Shown here in pieces: positions 46,535-56,765 of a stretch of 64,000 nucleotides of DNA (position 1 is the first letter of the stretch; each line of letters starts with the position of its first letter). A program made the translations under genes and the position numbers. Under the pieces are notes generated by a model. The model was not told where the DNA came from. It searched no databases and saw nothing but the letters and a program-made list of their open reading frames with translations. Source of the stretch: Faecalibacterium sp. (GTDB taxonomy: Bacteria > Bacillota > Clostridia > Oscillospirales > Ruminococcaceae); assembly GCA_044426225.1 (NCBI GenBank), contig JAWXUQ010000001.1:46173-110172 (forward strand), in the 5' to 3' direction.

Positions 46535-47911
46535 TTAATCCTCTGCCACCATCATCTTGCCCGCCTTATACACATCGCCACAGCCAATGGTAATCACCAA
46601 ATCGCCTTTTTTGCAATTTGCTTTTACCCAATCTGCGGCGGCGGGCAGACTGTCTAGCACCAATGCGCCCGGGATTTTTGCGGCAAGGTCTGCGCTGCAT
46701 ACGCTGCCGTCATCTATTTCGCGGCTGCCCAAAATTGGGGTCAGCAGGGTTACATCTGCGATCTGCAGCACCTCAGCAAAATCATCCATCAGGGTTTTGG
46801 TGCGGCTGTAAGTGAAGGGCTGATGCACCGCAACAAGGCGGTCAAAGCCAAGGGTTTTGGCGGTGGTCAGCACGGCGCGCAGCTCGGTGGGGTGGTGGGC
46901 ATAATCGTCTACAATCACTGCGCCGTTGCATTCACCATAAATTTCAAAGCGTCGCCCTGCACCCTTAAAATCTGCGGCAGCGGCGGCACACTCTGCGCCC
47001 GTTAGCCCGATGGTGCGGCATACCGCGCACATGGCAAGGGCATTGTAAATGTTGTGGTAGCCCGGGGCGGATAGGGCAATGTGCCCTGTTACGGTATCGC
47101 CCTCGGTTAAATCAAAGGCATAAAAGCCGGGTTTGTGCTGTGTGATGTTGCTCGCCTTATAATCGCAATCGGCATGGATGCCAAAGGTTAACAGGGGCTT
47201 GTGTGCTTTTGCGGCAACTTCCATGGTTTTTTCATCATCTGCATTCGCAAACATGGTTTTGCCAGTTAGCTGTAAAAATTTCTGGAAGGCGAATTTTAAG
47301 TGTTCCATGTCGCCAAAATAATCCAGATGGTCGTTGTCTACATTCAGCAAAATCGAATAGGCAGGGGAGAGTTCGAGGAAGGTTTCACTGAATTCGCATG
47401 CTTCAATCACAATATTTTCGCCCGCGCCGCATTTGCCATAGCCGCCAATTAAGGGCAGCTTGCCGCCAATCACGGCGCTTGGGTCGCGCCCTGCTAATAC
47501 CAGTGCGGTGGTAATCATGGCGGTGGCGGTGGTTTTGCCGTGGGTGCCTGCTACGCAAACGCTATCTGCGAACATGCGGCTGACATGTCCAAGCAAAATG
47601 CTGCGTTCAACGGTGCGAATGCCCTCGGTTTCGGCGGTTTGCACTTCAATGTTGTTGTGGGCGATGGCAGCGGAATAAACCACCAAATCTGCACCTTGAA
47701 TATTCTCTGCTTTGTGCCCCAAATGTACAGTCACCCCAAGGGCGCGTTCATAGTTTAAGATATCGCCCTCTAGCACATCACTGCCGGTGATGGTATAGCC
47801 CTTTGCCGCCAAAATCTGAACAAGAGGGTACATCCCGCTGCCGCCGCAGCCGATAAAATGAACCTGTTTGACCCCACTTAATAGGTCAGGTGCCTGTGTA
47901 AAATCTTGCAT
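46535..47911 (-). CDS. murC: UDP-N-acetylmuramate--L-alanine ligase
   Basis: Contains VHFIGCGGSGMYPLVQILAAKGYTITGSD and GTHGKTTATAMI. GGAGG lies 7 nt upstream of ATG 47911. Confidence 0.95.
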   Translation of the reverse strand: MQDFTQAPDLLSGVKQVHFIGCGGSGMYPLVQILAAKGYTITGSDVLEGDILNYERALGVTVHLGHKAENIQGADLVVYSAAIAHNNIEVQTAETEGIRTVERSILLGHVSRMFADSVCVAGTHGKTTATAMITTALVLAGRDPSAVIGGKLPLIGGYGKCGAGENIVIEACEFSETFLELSPAYSILLNVDNDHLDYFGDMEHLKFAFQKFLQLTGKTMFANADDEKTMEVAAKAHKPLLTFGIHADCDYKASNITQHKPGFYAFDLTEGDTVTGHIALSAPGYHNIYNALAMCAVCRTIGLTGAECAAAAADFKGAGRRFEIYGECNGAVIVDDYAHHPTELRAVLTTAKTLGFDRLVAVHQPFTYSRTKTLMDDFAEVLQIADVTLLTPILGSREIDDGSVCSADLAAKIPGALVLDSLPAAADWVKANCKKGDLVITIGCGDVYKAGKMMVAED

Positions 47912-48074
47912 ACTATGCCTCCGTAAGTAAAAAAGCGAAGAATTTCGCATAAAAATCAAAGCAAAACGGTAATCTACTCTTTATTATATCGTTTTTTTGC
48001 GCTAAAATAAACACTTGAGAGAAATTTTTGCTATAATAGAAGAAATTCGCGTCAAACGATAGAGGAGAACCATT

Positions 48075-49343
48075 GTGAAACAACCCATTCCAGAAAATGT
48101 ATTATATGTCATTGCTGCACTCAAAGAAAAAGGGGTGGATAGTTGGGTCATTGGCGGTGCGGTGCGCGATAGCTTGCTTGGGCGGGCGGTGCACGATTGG
48201 GATTTAACCGCCGCAGGCACCCCTGAGCAGATGATGGCAGCCTTGCCAGATGCAAAGCCCATTGGCGGTGAATTTGGCACCATCACATGGCACGGCGTTG
48301 AGATTACCCCTTGCCGTGCGGAAAGCGATTATACCGACCATCGCCACCCTGATGTCATTACCTTTGGCACCGATTTGCGGGTGGATTTATCCCGCCGTGA
48401 TTTCACCGTCAATGCCATGGCATGGGATGGTAATACAATCATTGACCCCTACCGTGGGCGATATGATTTAAAAGATAAGTTGCTGCGCGCGGTGGGTGTG
48501 CCTGTGCAGCGCTTTGAGGAGGATGCCCTGCGCATTCTGCGCCTATACCGCTTTGCGGGGGTGCTCGGCTTTGCGGTGGAAGAAGCCACTGCAACTGCTG
48601 CCCTTGCTCGCGCAAATACCCTGCGCTATGTCAGCGTGCCGCGGGTACGTACTGAGCTGGATAAAGCGCTCAAAGGGGCAAAGCCTTCTGCGCTTGCACC
48701 GCTTATCGCGGTGGGGGGGCTTGCGCCCTTTGCTATCTCAGGGGATGGGCTGATGCAAGCGGCGGTCGAAACCCTGCAATCTGCGCCCCGCACTGCCTGT
48801 GATGGTGCTGCCTGTGGCGCACATGCCTCTGCCGGGTGCAGCTATGCAGCGCAGCAGGTACTTGTCCCGCTTGATGCAGTGCCAGAGTCACTGCTTTGCC
48901 GTTGGTGGGCGCTGTTGCATCTGACCCAATCCAATGCGCAAAAGGCAGCGAAAATTTTTGATTTCGGCAAATCATTCATCAAGGATTTTGCCCGCATAGA
49001 TGTGCTGTTTGCAGATGGCATGCCCGCTGATTTGCATGCGCTAAAACTTGCTCTTTGTGGCGGGTTCGCTTTTCCATTTTTGGATGTGGCAGAAACCTTT
49101 GCCGCAGTAGATGCGCGCTTTGCACAGTTGCCCTTATTATACCGCGCGCTCATTGCCAGTGGTGAGCCCTATTTAAAAGAGCACTTGAAAATCACCACAA
49201 CTGCCTTGATGGCAATGGGGGTAAAAGGGCGCGATTTGGGCGAATTGCAGCGCTGCCTATTAAAAGCAGTGATTGATACTCCTGCCCTGAATGAGGAGAA
49301 AATGCTAGTGGAGCTTGCGTATGAGCTAAAAGAAGTGCTTTAA
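48075..49343 (+). CDS. cca: CCA-adding tRNA nucleotidyltransferase (PolyA_pol family)
   Basis: Contains WVIGGAVRDSLLGRAVHDWDL and RRDFTVNAMA. GTG start after GAGGAG. It has an Ala/Cys-rich internal insertion around residues 235-255. Confidence 0.8.
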   Translation: MKQPIPENVLYVIAALKEKGVDSWVIGGAVRDSLLGRAVHDWDLTAAGTPEQMMAALPDAKPIGGEFGTITWHGVEITPCRAESDYTDHRHPDVITFGTDLRVDLSRRDFTVNAMAWDGNTIIDPYRGRYDLKDKLLRAVGVPVQRFEEDALRILRLYRFAGVLGFAVEEATATAALARANTLRYVSVPRVRTELDKALKGAKPSALAPLIAVGGLAPFAISGDGLMQAAVETLQSAPRTACDGAACGAHASAGCSYAAQQVLVPLDAVPESLLCRWWALLHLTQSNAQKAAKIFDFGKSFIKDFARIDVLFADGMPADLHALKLALCGGFAFPFLDVAETFAAVDARFAQLPLLYRALIASGEPYLKEHLKITTTALMAMGVKGRDLGELQRCLLKAVIDTPALNEEKMLVELAYELKEVL

Positions 49344-49452
49344 AATTGGCTGGGTTGGTGTGCTACCATCGTGATGACACCGCATGCACAGGCGCAAGTT
49401 TGCGAAAATTGTCGCATATTAAAAAAATACAACGGAGAAAGATTAAGATTAC

Positions 49453-50349
49453 ATGACGATAGAAGAACAGAGAAGGGCACAGTTGCAGGCGAAAATTCGC
49501 GCGCGCAACCGCGCCAAAAGAAGGCGCATGCGCCGTATGCGCCAACGGCTAGTTTTACTGGGTATGTTATTTTTGTTGCTTGCCATTGTGGGCATTACGG
49601 TGTCAATGTTTAGCGGCAAAGTAAAGGTAGAAGAAGTGGATACAGCGGTGGATTTTACCGACGCAGATACCACAGAAGCGCTAGAAGATGAACCAGAGGT
49701 ATATACCATCGTCCTTGACAGTGGGCACAGCACCTATAACGCGGGTGCCCACGGCATCGTCAACGAGGAGGATATCACCGCTAGCACCACAGAATATCTG
49801 CGGCTTATTTTAGAAAGTGACCCCAATTTTGAGGTGATATTAACCCACGAATACGATGATTACATCGGCATTGCAGCACGTCGCCAAGTTGCCATTGATA
49901 ACGAGGCAGATTTCTTCATCAGCATTCATTGCAATATCAATGCAGATGACAGCGATGCAACTGGGTTTGAGGTTTATGCGCAGTTGCCCGAAAATGTGAA
50001 TTATGCTGCAAGCTATCAGGTGGCGAGCTATATCGCGGATGCCTTTATTGAGGCAGGGCATACCCCACGCACAGGCACTGGCATTTTCTATTGTCGTTAT
50101 GTCACCGATGAAAATGGGAATGATTTGACCTATACCCTCACGGAATATGATGAGTCTGTCACCGATTACGGCGGCGAAACCTACGGGGTAATCAAAAGCG
50201 ATGAATACCCCGGTATTCTGGTGGAGCAAGGCTATGTAAATAGCCAAACCGATGTAGAGAACTGGATGAGCGAAGCGGGCATGCAAAAAGCCGCGCAGAT
50301 TTACTACGCGGCCTTGTGTGATTATTTTGGCACCGAGCCATTGGTTTAA
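49453..50349 (+). CDS. N-acetylmuramoyl-L-alanine amidase (Amidase_3, CwlD-like) with a basic N-terminus and a TM anchor
   Basis: Contains IVLDSGHS..NAGAHG and ...ADFFISIHCN...GILVEQGYVN. Confidence 0.8.
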   Translation: MTIEEQRRAQLQAKIRARNRAKRRRMRRMRQRLVLLGMLFLLLAIVGITVSMFSGKVKVEEVDTAVDFTDADTTEALEDEPEVYTIVLDSGHSTYNAGAHGIVNEEDITASTTEYLRLILESDPNFEVILTHEYDDYIGIAARRQVAIDNEADFFISIHCNINADDSDATGFEVYAQLPENVNYAASYQVASYIADAFIEAGHTPRTGTGIFYCRYVTDENGNDLTYTLTEYDESVTDYGGETYGVIKSDEYPGILVEQGYVNSQTDVENWMSEAGMQKAAQIYYAALCDYFGTEPLV

Positions 50350-51542
50350 AACGCTTTTTTCGCCAAGATGGCATCGAGCAATGCATCTGCTACTGCTTCC
50401 TTTGGCATTTGGGGCAGTGCGGTCTGCGCGTCCTTGGTAATGATGGTGACAACATTGGTATCCACCCCAAAGCCTGCGCCGGCTACGTTTAGATTGTTCG
50501 CGACAATCATATCAAGGTTTTTCTTGGCGAGTTTTGCGGCGGCTTGTGCTTCAAGGTCTTGGGTTTCCATGGCAAAGCCGCAGATAAATTGGTCTTTTTT
50601 GGTGGGCGCAAGGGTGCCCAAAATATCGGTTGTACGGGCGAGGGGGATGCTTAAATCTCCGTCGCCCTTTTTCATTTTTTGCTCTGCCACATTGGCGGGG
50701 CGGTAATCTGCCACTGCCGCCGCCATAATCAGCAATTGCGTTTCGGCAAAGGTTTCGGCAACAGCATGGTATAATTCTTCGGCACTGGTGATGGCGATTT
50801 GCTGGATAAAAGGAACTTCTGGCAGCGCAGTCTGACCATGGATTAGCGTTACCTCTGCGCCGCGCAGCATGGAGGCCTTGGCAATGGCATAGCCCATCTT
50901 ACCAGTGGAGTGATTGGTCAGATAACGCACAGGGTCAAGTGCCTCTTGGGTGGCACCTGCGGTGACAGTCACCTTGATCCCGGCAAGGTCTTGCGGGTGG
51001 CTCAGCGCTTTTTCAACATAGCTTAATAGCACAGTTTCGCTTGGCAGTTTGCCGCTGCCCACATCCTTGCAGGCAAGCATGCCGCATTCGGGCGGGATGA
51101 TGGTAAAGCCGTAGCCCGCGAGGGTTTTTAGGTTGTCCTGCGTGATGGGCGACTCATACATGGCAGTATTCATGGCAGGTGCCACAAACTTGGGACAACG
51201 CGCTGCCAAAATGGTGGTGGTCAGCATATCGTCGGCAATGCCGTGCGCCATCTTGGCTATCACATTTGCGGTGGCGGGTGCAATCAAAAATAAATCCGCT
51301 TTTTTGGCAAGGGCGATATGTTCTACCTCGAAATCATGGTTGCGGTCAAAGGTGTCGGTAATGCATTTGTGATTGGTTAGGGTTTCAAAGGTGAGTGGGG
51401 TGATAAACTCCGTGGCATTTTGGGTCATAATCACATGCACTTCTGCCCCTGTTTTGCGCAGTGCGCTTGCCACGTTTGCCATTTTATAGGCAGCAATGCC
51501 CCCTGTAATGCCTAAAACAACTACTTTGCCAGTCAAATCCAT
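50346..51542 (-). CDS. coaBC: Bifunctional phosphopantothenoylcysteine decarboxylase / phosphopantothenate--cysteine ligase
   Basis: An N-terminal flavoprotein domain (VVLGITGGIAAYK) and a C-terminal DFP domain (VRYLTNHSTGKMG). Confidence 0.95.
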   Translation of the reverse strand: MDLTGKVVVLGITGGIAAYKMANVASALRKTGAEVHVIMTQNATEFITPLTFETLTNHKCITDTFDRNHDFEVEHIALAKKADLFLIAPATANVIAKMAHGIADDMLTTTILAARCPKFVAPAMNTAMYESPITQDNLKTLAGYGFTIIPPECGMLACKDVGSGKLPSETVLLSYVEKALSHPQDLAGIKVTVTAGATQEALDPVRYLTNHSTGKMGYAIAKASMLRGAEVTLIHGQTALPEVPFIQQIAITSAEELYHAVAETFAETQLLIMAAAVADYRPANVAEQKMKKGDGDLSIPLARTTDILGTLAPTKKDQFICGFAMETQDLEAQAAAKLAKKNLDMIVANNLNVAGAGFGVDTNVVTIITKDAQTALPQMPKEAVADALLDAILAKKAF

Positions 51543-51818
51543 ACAGTAACCTCTCGTCAGTAAATGCTTCTTTTCTTAACGATAGTATAGCGCGGCGGCG
51601 GTGGGAAGTAAAGCGTTTTTGCCATATCTCGCCTAGGACGTGCCCTTTTGTGCATAAAATTTTATGCGGCGGTGTGCGGCGGGGCTTGCGTCTGGTGGCA
51701 GTTGCGTTTATAATAGGGGCATTATAGTACAAAGAGATGGGTGTTCTTTGGGGGCAGTGCACAACTGTGTTTGCCCCAAAAGGTGCTGCATCTACCACGT
51801 CACAAAGGGAGCATTTGC

Positions 51819-52589
51819 ATGATTTTAGCCATCGATATCGGGAATACAACCATCGCCCTAGGGGGCTTGCGGGATGGCAAGGTTTGCTTTGTGGCGCATA
51901 TTGATACGGTGCGCGAGGGCACGGTGGCGCATTACACCGCCGCGCTGAAAAATGCTTTTGCAAAGCGCCGCTATCCAGACAGACCGTTGCGCTTTGAGGG
52001 GGTTGTGCTGACCAGTGTGGTGCCGAGCATTACCCAAGTTTTAGCAGAGTGCGCGGGCAAGTATACCAATAGAAAGCCACTGGTGATTGGCCCAGACATC
52101 CGCACTGGGTTTACCATGGGGGTGAAAAACCCTGCCGCGGTAGGCAAAGACCGCCTTGCGGATGCCGCCTTTGCAGTGGCGAATTTCCCGCTGCCGGTTA
52201 TCACGGTTGACCTTGGCACCGCCACCACCTTTAGCGTGGTGGATGAACAACTCGTCTTTTTGGGTGGCGCGATTGCCCCAGGGCTTTCCACTGGCTTGCG
52301 TGCATTGAATGAACGCTGTGCCCAGTTGCCCAATGTCCGCCTTGCTGCACCAAAGCAGGTGATTGGGGATGACACCGCCGCTTGTATGCTGACGGGCTCT
52401 ATCATTGGGGCGGCGGCATTGATTGACGGCATGGCGCAGCGGATGGAAACAGAGCTTGGCAAACCTTGCTCTCTGGTCATTACAGGCGGGCTTGCGAAAT
52501 ATGTGGTGCCTTATTGCAATCATGCGTTGACCTATGACCCGCAGCTGATGATGAAAGGGCTCGGGCTGCTCTATGAGCTAAATCGCTGA
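51819..52589 (+). CDS. coaX: Type III pantothenate kinase
   Basis: Begins MILAIDIGNTTIALG and includes ...VITVDLGTATTF...GGAIAPG. Divergent from coaBC. Confidence 0.9.
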   Translation: MILAIDIGNTTIALGGLRDGKVCFVAHIDTVREGTVAHYTAALKNAFAKRRYPDRPLRFEGVVLTSVVPSITQVLAECAGKYTNRKPLVIGPDIRTGFTMGVKNPAAVGKDRLADAAFAVANFPLPVITVDLGTATTFSVVDEQLVFLGGAIAPGLSTGLRALNERCAQLPNVRLAAPKQVIGDDTAACMLTGSIIGAAALIDGMAQRMETELGKPCSLVITGGLAKYVVPYCNHALTYDPQLMMKGLGLLYELNR

Positions 52590-52686
52590 TTGCCGCCGTG
52601 CTGATTGCCAGTTCACTGCCACCCAAGAGAAATGATAGTAAAAGATAAAAGCACGTGCCTTGTGGTGCGTTCAAATAATTAATATA

Positions 52687-52717
52687 AATCGGAGTAGTGC
52701 AGACTGCTCCGATTTTT
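52687..52717 (+). terminator. Rho-independent terminator after coaX
   Basis: ATCGGAGTAGTGCAGACTGCTCCGAT followed by TTTTTTG. Confidence 0.75.
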
Positions 52718-52887
52718 TGTTTTATTGGTGGTTATTCTGTCTGCCTTTTCGTTTTTTCTAGGTGCTTTTTATGGAATGCTTATTTTTTATGGTTGTGCTG
52801 TGTTTTTTTGCGGTTCGTTTTGGGTGCGGTACAACAAAGTGGGTGAGCGCCCTGAAAGAATATCACATTTTCTTTCGCAAAGACTGC

Positions 52888-52915
52888 ACGCAAACCCCTG
52901 CGCGGGCATAGCATA
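52888..52915 (+). promoter_or_regulatory. Possible sigma-K-type promoter (AC, 17 nt, CATAgcaTA) upstream of dpaAB
   Basis: AC at 52888-52889 and CATAGCATA at 52907-52915. B. subtilis spoVF (dpaAB) is sigma-K dependent. This rests on a short-motif match only. Confidence 0.3.
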
Positions 52916-52953
52916 GGGCAAGCCAGAAGATGGTTTTGAAAGGAGGGCATATC

Positions 52954-53772
52954 ATGTGCGAAACAGAGCAACAAACCAGTACACAACCCAAGATTTTTGC
53001 GGTGGCACAAACCGATGCGCGCCAAGCAGCGGCGGGGCGCGCGCTTGCTGCCAAGGGATATACCGTGGTAGGGGCAGAGGAAACCGCGTTGGCGGATTAC
53101 ATTCTGTTGCCGCTGCCCTTAGACGATGAGCAAGCGGGGCTTGCACAATTATTGCGGGCGGCAAAGCCAGAGGCAATTGCTTTTGGTGGCAAAATCTCGC
53201 CCAAGGTACAGGCGATGGCGGCGGCTTCGCGCATTGAATTGCTCGATTACTTCGCTCGTCCAGAGCTTGCCATTTTAAATGCCATTCCCACCGCAGAGGG
53301 TGCCATTGCCCTGTTGTTTGCGCACCGTAGCAGCACCCTTTGGGGGGCGGAGCTGTTGGTGACTGGTTTTGGGCGGGTGGCGCAGAGCCTTGCAAGCCGT
53401 TTGCTTGCCCTTGGCGCAAAGGTGACGATTGCGGCTCGCAGTGCCGAGCAACGTGCGATGGCGCGTGCTATGGGCTGCGAGGCGGTTGCAATCGAAAGCC
53501 TTAGGCAGTGCGCCGCACAGTTTACCACCGCCATTAATACCGTGCCTGCATTATTGCTAGATGCCACTGTGCTAGGGCAGATGCCACAGGGCAGTCTTGT
53601 GATTGACCTTGCGAGCCGTCCCGGCGGGGTGGATTTTGCAGCGGCAAAGGCACTGGGCATGCAAGCAATCCATGCCCTCAGCTTGCCTGCTGCTTGCGCA
53701 CCAGAATCCGCAGGGGCATTTGTGGCGCAAACCGTACTGGAAATGATTGCAGAAAGGAGGAATACTGAATGA
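52954..53772 (+). CDS. dpaA: Dipicolinate synthase subunit A
   Basis: A Rossmann-type domain (VTGFGRVAQSLASRLLALGAKVTIAARS). AAAGGAGGG lies 6 nt upstream of ATG 52954. Immediately followed by dpaB. Confidence 0.85.
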   Translation: MCETEQQTSTQPKIFAVAQTDARQAAAGRALAAKGYTVVGAEETALADYILLPLPLDDEQAGLAQLLRAAKPEAIAFGGKISPKVQAMAAASRIELLDYFARPELAILNAIPTAEGAIALLFAHRSSTLWGAELLVTGFGRVAQSLASRLLALGAKVTIAARSAEQRAMARAMGCEAVAIESLRQCAAQFTTAINTVPALLLDATVLGQMPQGSLVIDLASRPGGVDFAAAKALGMQAIHALSLPAACAPESAGAFVAQTVLEMIAERRNTE

Positions 53773-54344
53773 AAGAAGAAAAAACCGTTGCCTTTGCGCT
53801 GTGCGGCAGCTTTTGCTCGTTTGATGCCGTGCTGCCAGAGCTTGAAAAACTCTGTGCGGCGGGGTGGTCAGCGCTGCCCGTCATGAGTTTTCATGCTGCG
53901 GGCACAGACACGCGCTTTGGCAAGGCAAAAGAATGGAAAGCTGCCCTGCGAGAAGCTACGGGTCATGCACCGATTGAAACACTCCCTGCAGCAGAGCCGC
54001 TAGGTCCTAAAAAACTAGCCGATGCTATGGTCATTGCGCCCTGCACAGGGGCAACGCTGGCAAAACTTGCCCTTGGCATTTCGGATACCCCTGTCACCCT
54101 TGGCGCAAAAAGTTTGCTGCGGGGCGGGCGACCGATTGTGTTAGCCGTTTCTACCAACGATGGGCTTGGCGCATCGGCGGTGCATATCGGCACGCTGTTG
54201 CAACGTAAAAATATTTATTTTGTGCCCTTTGGGCAGGATGATTATCAGGCAAAGCCACTTAGCCTAAAGGCGGATTTTACCCTGATTGAGCAGACGCTTC
54301 AAGCGGCACTGCACAAAAAACAGTTGCAGCCTTTGTTGAAATAA
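53769..54344 (+). CDS. dpaB: Dipicolinate synthase subunit B (flavoprotein)
   Basis: Begins MKEEKTVAFALCGSFCSF and includes ...APCTGATLAKLALGISDTPV. Its start overlaps the dpaA stop as ATGA. Confidence 0.9.
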   Translation: MKEEKTVAFALCGSFCSFDAVLPELEKLCAAGWSALPVMSFHAAGTDTRFGKAKEWKAALREATGHAPIETLPAAEPLGPKKLADAMVIAPCTGATLAKLALGISDTPVTLGAKSLLRGGRPIVLAVSTNDGLGASAVHIGTLLQRKNIYFVPFGQDDYQAKPLSLKADFTLIEQTLQAALHKKQLQPLLK

Positions 54345-54732
54345 CCACCTGCGCCCCCATCAAAACGGTGCAGGTTTTGTAAAAGTAACATCTTTTCTTA
54401 TGTTGCATTTTGTGCTATAATAAAAGTTAGCATTGCATAAAATTTGCACCACTTTTTATTCTGGATTTTCTGGAAAAAAGCAGTGTGTACCATAAGGATT
54501 AAATGGGGTGCTAGCGCATTTTTATTGTCGGAAAACCATATCACAACAAAGACGCAACTTGTGCAAATTTCTGTGAAAAATCGCGGAAGAATAGGTTGTA
54601 AACCTGCAGTTTCAGCGCGGTGATGGTTTGACAAAAAATGTGCGGCACCTTTTTTGCAAGAAAGGCGCGGCTAGGTGCAGCGGATGCCTTGCGAAAAAAT
54701 GTGGAATGATAACAAGAAAGGGATGACGCAGT

Positions 54733-56058
54733 TTGTTTTTGAAAAAAATAAGAATGCTTTGCCTTGTGCTCGTAGTGGCAATTTGCCTGCCCTTGGTGCC
54801 AGTATCAGCAGCACCAAGTGTGAGTGCGCTATCCTATGTGATGATGGATGCAGAAACAGGGCAGATTTTATTTGGGCAAAATATGGATACTCAATATGAC
54901 CCCGCCTCGATTACTAAAATTATGACGTTGGCGCTTGCCTGCGAAAAGGCACAGGGCGATTGGGATGTTGCACTGACCGTAAGCTATGAGGACATTGCCT
55001 CAATCGCCAACACTGGCAGCAGCCATATTGCCCTGCAAGAAGGCGAAGTGATTAGCCTAGAGGACGCGCTATATGCCGTTATGATGGCAAGTGCGAATGA
55101 CGCAGCAAATGTGCTTGCCGCTTATGTGGGTGGCGATATCGAGGGCGGTGTGGCAGCCATGAATGCACAGGTAGAAGAACTTGGGCTAGAGAATACGCAT
55201 TTTGATAACCCGCATGGGCTTACGAGTGATACGCATAAGGTAACGGCGGCGGATATGGCGGAAATTTTGCGCTGGGCGATGGAACAGCCGGGCTTTATGA
55301 CGCTGTACACCAACAACGAAATGTATATCATGGACCCAACCAATAAGCAAGAAGAAACACGCTATTTTTCGCTTTCTGATTCTGTGCGCATTGGCAGTAG
55401 CAAATACTATGTGCCAGAGGTTATCGGCTCAAAAACAGGCTATACTGATGCATCGCGCTATACCTATGCTGCGGTGGGCGAATCGGATGGGCGCACCTTT
55501 ATTTGTGTGACCTTACATAGCGAGGAAAAGGTAGACCGCTATAATGACGCAAAGACGCTGTTTGACTATGCGTTTGCACATTTTACCAAGGTGGAAATCC
55601 CGAGCAGTGGCGATACCTTTGATGTGGAAATTTACGGCGGCAATGCAAAGCTAGGCGAAGGCGAAGTGAGTGCAGTGGGTTTGAGCCTTTATTTATACGA
55701 TGGCATTGGCGCGGATACCGTTACCTGCACCTATGAAATGGACGAGCAGTATATCATTGGCGGCAATTATCAAGCGGTTGCGGTGTATACCCTGCCCGCA
55801 ACAAGCGAGCAAGAGGGCTTTACCTATGAGGTGCCCATGACCATTACAGGGGTGGATACCGTGGTAAAAGCCAACGTTGGCATTAGCCTAGCGGCAACGG
55901 CATCTCTTTTGCCATCAGGAAACAAAGCGGTCGGCGCCAGTATCATTGTGGCAATCCTTGTTGTTTTGCTGCTTGCGTTTGTGGTGGTTTGGTTTGTGCG
56001 TAAGCGCCCTGCCAAGCGTAAATCGCGCTATCAGCGGGTGCATCGATATCATCGATAA
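54733..56058 (+). CDS. D-alanyl-D-alanine carboxypeptidase (peptidase S11, PBP5-type) with a C-terminal TM anchor
   Basis: Signal peptide, SxxK (PASITKIMT), SAND (SxN-type motif), KTG (SKTGYT) and a PBP5_C-like domain. The TTG 54733 start is tentative; ATG 54754 is an alternative. Confidence 0.85.
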   Translation: MFLKKIRMLCLVLVVAICLPLVPVSAAPSVSALSYVMMDAETGQILFGQNMDTQYDPASITKIMTLALACEKAQGDWDVALTVSYEDIASIANTGSSHIALQEGEVISLEDALYAVMMASANDAANVLAAYVGGDIEGGVAAMNAQVEELGLENTHFDNPHGLTSDTHKVTAADMAEILRWAMEQPGFMTLYTNNEMYIMDPTNKQEETRYFSLSDSVRIGSSKYYVPEVIGSKTGYTDASRYTYAAVGESDGRTFICVTLHSEEKVDRYNDAKTLFDYAFAHFTKVEIPSSGDTFDVEIYGGNAKLGEGEVSAVGLSLYLYDGIGADTVTCTYEMDEQYIIGGNYQAVAVYTLPATSEQEGFTYEVPMTITGVDTVVKANVGISLAATASLLPSGNKAVGASIIVAILVVLLLAFVVVWFVRKRPAKRKSRYQRVHRYHR

Positions 56059-56194
56059 TTGGTCATGAATTGCCTTTGTCGATTGGGGGCAGGAATACTT
56101 GCTTTTTATCTGAAAAAAAGGTATTATATAAGGTGAGAAAATCCACACTAAGAAAACAGTGAGATGATACTTGTAAAAAGAAAAGGCGGTTACT

Positions 56195-56761
56195 ATGGGA
56201 CAGTTTCAATTTACCAAAACAGAGCTAGAAGGCGTAGTGATTATAGAACCAACCGTGTTTGGCGATGCCCGTGGTTATTTTATGGAAACCTACCAGAAGG
56301 ATATTTTCGTAGCAAATGGCATTACCGCAGAATTTGTGCAGGATAACCAGAGTCGCTCAAGCCGCGGTGTGCTGCGTGGGCTACACTTCCAAACTGAGCA
56401 CACGCAGGGCAAGCTCGTGCGTGTTACGCGTGGCGAGGTGTTTGATGTGGCAGTCGATTGCCGTCCAAATAGCGCAACCTTTGGCAAATGGGTCGGGGTG
56501 ACGTTATCAGAAGAAAATAAAAAGATGTTCTATGTGCCCGAGGGCTTTGCTCATGGTTTCTTGGTGCTCAGCGATGTGGCAGAATTTTGCTATAAATGCA
56601 CCGATGTTTATACCCCCAGTGCAGAGGGCGGCATCCCTTATAATGACCCAAGCGTGAATATCACCTGGCCAGATTGTGGCTGTGCCTATTCGTTGAGTGC
56701 AAAGGATGAAAAACATGAACCCTTTGCCGCACAAACTTTCGATTATTTTAAAAAATGGTGA
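56195..56761 (+). CDS. rfbC: dTDP-4-dehydrorhamnose 3,5-epimerase
   Basis: Contains FGDARGYFMETY and RGLHFQ...QGKLVRVTRGEVFDVAVD, RmlC cupin motifs. Confidence 0.95.
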   Translation: MGQFQFTKTELEGVVIIEPTVFGDARGYFMETYQKDIFVANGITAEFVQDNQSRSSRGVLRGLHFQTEHTQGKLVRVTRGEVFDVAVDCRPNSATFGKWVGVTLSEENKKMFYVPEGFAHGFLVLSDVAEFCYKCTDVYTPSAEGGIPYNDPSVNITWPDCGCAYSLSAKDEKHEPFAAQTFDYFKKW

Positions 56762-56765
56762 GAGA

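Noticed and set aside
46363-46593. Plus-strand 76-aa ORF (MCVEAAAVAAAVVVAVVV...) across the microsatellite.
   Set aside because: It has a TTG start with no RBS, extreme Ala/Val composition generated by the repeat, and it overlaps the 3' end of murC on the opposite strand. It is most likely a by-product of the stop-free repeat.
52725-52916. A 63-aa hydrophobic ORF between coaX and dpaA.
   Set aside because: It has a TTG start and no RBS, begins immediately after a terminator T-tract (so it is U-rich, which produces Phe/Leu-rich pseudo-TM sequence), and overlaps the candidate dpaA promoter.
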